From Entomortierella parvispora E1425 (taxonomy: Eukaryota; Fungi; Mortierellomycota), in the NCBI GenBank assembly GCA_020891255.1, contig BQFW01000001.1, positions 124,001 through 188,000 of the forward strand: 64,000 nucleotides of DNA. Direction: 5' to 3'. Made by a program: the position numbers and the translations under genes. The notes beneath the pieces were generated by a model, which searched no databases, was not told the DNA's origin, and worked only from the letters and a program-made list of their open reading frames with translations. This document shows, one piece after another, positions 59,820-64,000 of this stretch; the stretch's first letter is position 1, and each line of letters starts with the position of its first letter.

Positions 59820-62150
59820 GTGGATATCCCATCCAGCAGCGCGAATCTATCCATCGTCATACTTTGCAGGGACATCAGCAAGTGCTTTTTATTCTCTTGC
59901 CATCATCAACAGTCAAGACACTGGACCAAGTGAGACGGCCTCACAACAACAATGAATACCCATCTCAGCCCCCTGAATCCGTCCATCGTCATAGAATCCA
60001 AGGACATCATCGAGTGCCTCTAATTATTCTCTTGCCACCGCCGACGCTCAAGACACTAGAGCAAGTAAGATGGGATCACGACAGCCGTTGTCATCTCAGC
60101 AGCACGAATCCTTCCATCCTCATAGGATGCAGGGGATATCTCCAAGCGCCTTTCACCCTCTTGTCATCATCAACACTGAAGACATTGGAGCAAGTGCGGC
60201 TGGTCACAACAACCGATGTTCGTCTCAGCACCCGAATCCATCTGTGCGGGGCAATCATCGAGTACTTTTCATCGTCAACACTCTGAAAAGAGAATTCAAC
60301 AACGGATGTCACCGCAGTACCTGTATCCACCCTGCCACAAACGATGAGCCAGCAGTGGTAGCTTTTGGTCTTTCACCGCCAGAATCACTCGATGCACACC
60401 ACCATTCAACAGATGCTACAAAGCATTCCACATCCATTTCCACAGGATACATTGGCATCAAAAAAAACCCCCCTCCACGCCGCCATTGTCGCCGTATGCT
60501 TCCTGGAGTCTGCCACCTCAAAAGACAGTGAAGCAAGGTACAATACTGACACCTTCAGCGACCAGCAGTGAACGCCTCAAAAGACGGAGACGAGAGATAG
60601 CAGCAAGGGCACCTTTCCATCCAGCTTTCCATCCCTCCAACCGTCTCCAAAGGGTGCAGGGATGTCATCGGGTGTCTTCTGGCAGATACTCAATCTCCGT
60701 CGGCGGGAATCCAGGTTTAATGTCTACCACGTTTGGTATCAGCTAGTGGTTGATCCTCGGGTGCTCAATTGCCTCCAACATATCTGGATCCCAGGTCGTA
60801 GTTGTAAGACTTGGCGTCGACTGCAGCACTTCCGTCAAGCTCCTGAATCCACCACTTGCGCCACAGGGACATCTCAAATTGACCATCATCCCCTACAATG
60901 GTGGCAACACACGACGGTCGTTTGTTTGGTTCGACTTCTCTTTTGGTTCACAACCACTGCTCAGGACCACAAAACCGGTCGTAGTGACCATCCGTCTATG
61001 GATGCCACCCAAATACCATCACGCCATTATTCAAGATTTCAAGAGCGACTTACCCCAATATCCAGAGTCCATCTGTTCTCATGAATCAAGGAATGTAGTG
61101 AGAATCCGGCTCTATCGTCGCTACTATTCACCATTCGCAACTCCCAAGATCTCAAAGGACAACATGTGTCTCTTGCAGCATCTGTCAGTCAATACCCCCA
61201 AAACAACCGCAACACTCAAGAACCCAAGAGCCATCGAAGAACAATCTTGTCATTTTTACCTACCTATCCGCACTGGGTGCAAGGAGATACACGGGTGACG
61301 TCTGATCCGACAGGAGGCCAACAATGGATACCGCCTAGCCATCCTGAATCCGTCGCATTGGGTGCAGGATTCAGGGACAACAACGGATGTTGTTTTACTC
61401 CTCGCCACCATCAACTCCCAGGACCCGAAGATCTGATGGATGCTTATTTTACCAATTTGCATCCATCCGTACTCATCAGATTCAGGGGTATTATACAGTC
61501 GGATCTCTTGTCACCCTAGTCGCAACCACCGATACGCAACCATCGACTTCAGAACTTCAGATTCTGATCACCCTGCAAAAGATACCGCCCATTCATATCG
61601 CATCCATCCTTCGTCAAAGGATGCAGGGCCATTAGAAGTGGTCTGGCATCCCGGCACTATCAACACTCAAATCTTAACATATGGCGAGACAGGAACACAA
61701 CAAGGATATCACCAAGTCAATTACATCCAAACGGTCACCAAATGGTGCAGAGATGTTGATAAGTGTCTTGCATCTCGGCACAATCAACAGCCAAATCTCA
61801 AGATTCAGCGAGACGTGAGCTCAACAATGGATACCTGGATATCTTCCATTCCTCTTACCCATCCATCTTGGATGCAGGAATATCAACAAGTGTCGTCTTG
61901 CCCATCATCACTATCAAATCCAACAACGCAAGAGACGACGTGTGAGCCCACAGCGGATGCCACCCTGCATCCATCCAACCTGCCCCTCGTCAACATTAGA
62001 ACCCAAATCGCAAGGGCTAGCGAGACGAGAGTCAGCCAATGGATACTATCCAGCTGCTCGCATTCATCCATCCTAATTGGATGCAGGACCATTGGCGATC
62101 AATTTGTCAGTCGCTATCATCAACACCAGAACCTCAACCTCAAGACTTGT
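59820..62150. repeat. Degenerate ~130-bp tandem array with a recurrent CATCC-n-GGATGCAGG hairpin motif
   Basis: (C/G)AAGACA(C/T)T(G/A)GA(C/G)CAAG at ~59914, 60048 and 60178 (periods ~134 and ~130). Progressively decayed units continue to ~62100, e.g. CATCCTCATAGGATG at 60115 and CATCCATCTTGGATG at 61860. Confidence 0.7.
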
Positions 62151-64000
62151 AACGTGAAGGCCTAGCCACGGATACCACCCCACCATCCGTCATCCTGCCC
62201 CCCGCATCCTCATCGGATATATGCGGAATCAGAGATTCTCCTGTTTCTCGATATCGTCAACGCAAAAATTTTGAAATCCAGTAAGAGGGCACCGCTCATT
62301 CATCATACATTCAAGAAACATCATTAGATGCAAGAATCTGGGCGTCATCTTATTACAGTCGCCGCTCAGTCCCACTTAGCCGGGATCCGGCAACATAAGA
62401 TCACCACAATGGATCCCACTCAAACATCAAACAACAGCCCTCTATACCTCGACATGGGACGAAAAGCCATCAATTGGGCCATTACCACCGTCACTAATCA
62501 ACAATCATGAACGTACACGGTATGAAGTGCCGCTCCACGAGAGGTCTCGCTTTGAAATCAACTACCTTAATCTACAGCAGCTATCACTGTCTCTATACAA
62601 TTGTGGATGGCTCTCCGACGACAATCATTAGACATTAAGGAATAGCCAGACAAAGCCCAAGTTAGACACTGCTGTTATTGTCTTGCCTTCATCTTTGTAT
62701 ATACTGAAACATCAAATTGAGCTACTCCACCCACCGGCATTTTCACATTCTGTAGACACAGAGCGGACAACAAGATGCAGAGGTAAGGTCCCTCATCTGG
62801 TATCAACGCATCAACGCTGCTTCCTCTACAGTTGAATTCTAGAAGCGCGATGAGAGCCGAGAAAGACCATAGAGGATACCATCTCTTCGGATAGGACAGC
62901 CCACCCACAAGAAACGAAAACAAGGATCAGAACAAAAGAGATGCAAAAGAGAAAAAAAAATCAGCAGTCTGCCAACGGGGCTTTGATGTCTCGACAACTC
63001 TTCACTCTTTGTTTGCACACAGAGAACGGAATGGACTCTTTGCCTTCTAATCTTCAAACTCACTCTTGTCTCCCTAGCGATTGGGTCAATTGACACCATA
63101 CATTTGGTAAAACCATCAGGGCTTTATGAAAGATCTACAATAGATGATGAATGAAAAGATGATAAAGATTCTCTATCCCTCAAACTGATATGATCTGTCA
63201 GTTCGCACGGAAAGTGGCTGGCAATGGACAGATGATGTTTGCACGGGCACAGGTATAATGAAGGAGATGGGTCGGTGAAAGACAGAAAGAGACAGCTTTG
63301 AATCTGGGTGGCAGTTGTTGGCCCTTTCAGCGGCCCTTGCAGCCAATGGAAACCAGGCCAGTGGCACAACGATCTGCAATAGATGAAGTGGATCAGAGAG
63401 GAGGGGACAGGCAGGATGAACCATATTGTATGAAGATGATAGATGGATGCGTTGGCTCAGAAGAATGAGGGCCAGAGGTCCACAGGACCAGAAGGACAAA
63501 GAAGGACAAAGCAGGACAAAGAAGGCAAAAAAAAAAAACGGGCTCTTTTCTTTGATCTTTGGGCGAAGCGCGTCCTCTTTGGTGTTCATTCTCCCCATGC
63601 TTCCATTCCATCTCTGCATCCCTCCATCCTTCTTCCAGCATTCCATTCCTTCAAGCGCATGCATGCACATTTGATTTACATTCACTCCATCACTCCATCT
63701 CTCGGTCATTGACTCGATGCATCTCTAGATTCTCGTGCCCTGGCGCGTTTAACACTGGTGCAGACTACTGAGGTCCAAAAGAGCTGATCTCATTCACAGT
63801 GATTGCCTTGGATGACTTATTCCCTTTCAGACAAGATCATTCACACATGAGGTCAACTTTAGTAGCGGGACAAATGGTCTACTGTTTATTCATCACCAAC
63901 TTGTAAAGTAGTTCCCTTTTTTTTTTTTTTGAAGTCTTTTTTTTTTGGTCAGAATTAAAGAGAGAAAACAAGAATTTTAATAGAGAGCTATGAAAAGGAG
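61900..64000 (+). repeat. Third, diverged copy of the palindrome arm plus its flanking block; runs off the window end
   Basis: 63700-64000 matches 29970-30290 in direct orientation (CACACATGAG.TCAACTTTAGTAGCGGGACAAATGGTC...GGTCAGAATTAAAGAGAGAAAACAAGAATTTTAA). 61900-63720 is the reverse complement of 33120-34870, roughly 80-85% identical by eye. Confidence 0.9.

Noticed and set aside
59820-60330. CRISPR-like reading of the hairpin-containing arrays (also 54316-54378 and 8500-9370)
   Set aside because: Whole units are homologous, with no unique spacers between identical repeats; eukaryotic context and no cas genes.
62783-62831. GTAAGG...CAG intron-like segment conserved in both copies of the flanking block
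   Set aside because: Only 41-49 nt, much shorter than the other introns here (~75 nt or more), and flanking frames are not open.
29810-64000. Starship or Maverick/Polinton identity for the IR-bounded region
   Set aside because: No DUF3435 tyrosine recombinase, retroviral-type integrase, protein-primed PolB or capsid ORFs in the window.

Overview
Intron-rich fungal nuclear DNA. The gene families (F-box-like/LRR expansions, NACHT-WD40 relic, lineage-typical LRR pseudogene, Fanzor relic) point to Mortierellaceae; this is an inference from remembered family motifs, not a database search. Conserved genes: vigilin/SCP160, PEX7, a CC2D1/Lgd-like DM14-C2 protein, SUB2/UAP56 (with a C/D-box snoRNA in intron 2), an UNC-93-like transporter, PARG, promethin/LDAF1-like and a PHD + linker-histone-domain polyQ protein. 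Accessory material: three intact and one stop-interrupted F-box-like genes, an intronless cyanamide hydratase, two NLR/LRR-type pseudogenes, a Fanzor/TnpB relic, a polyA-tailed retroposon with TSD, a stand-alone Hda1-type Arb2 gene and an ATP1 fragment. The most striking structure is non-coding: a ~3.5 kb palindrome at ~29.8-33.3 kb (about 0.85 kb of each arm apparently identical, 428-bp motif-rich spacer). Its right arm plus ~1.6 kb of flank recurs, inverted and diverged, at ~61.9-64 kb, so ~27 kb of genes is bracketed by long inverted repeats. No transposase, integrase or recombinase ORF was found to explain it. All exon boundaries and alignments were read by eye.
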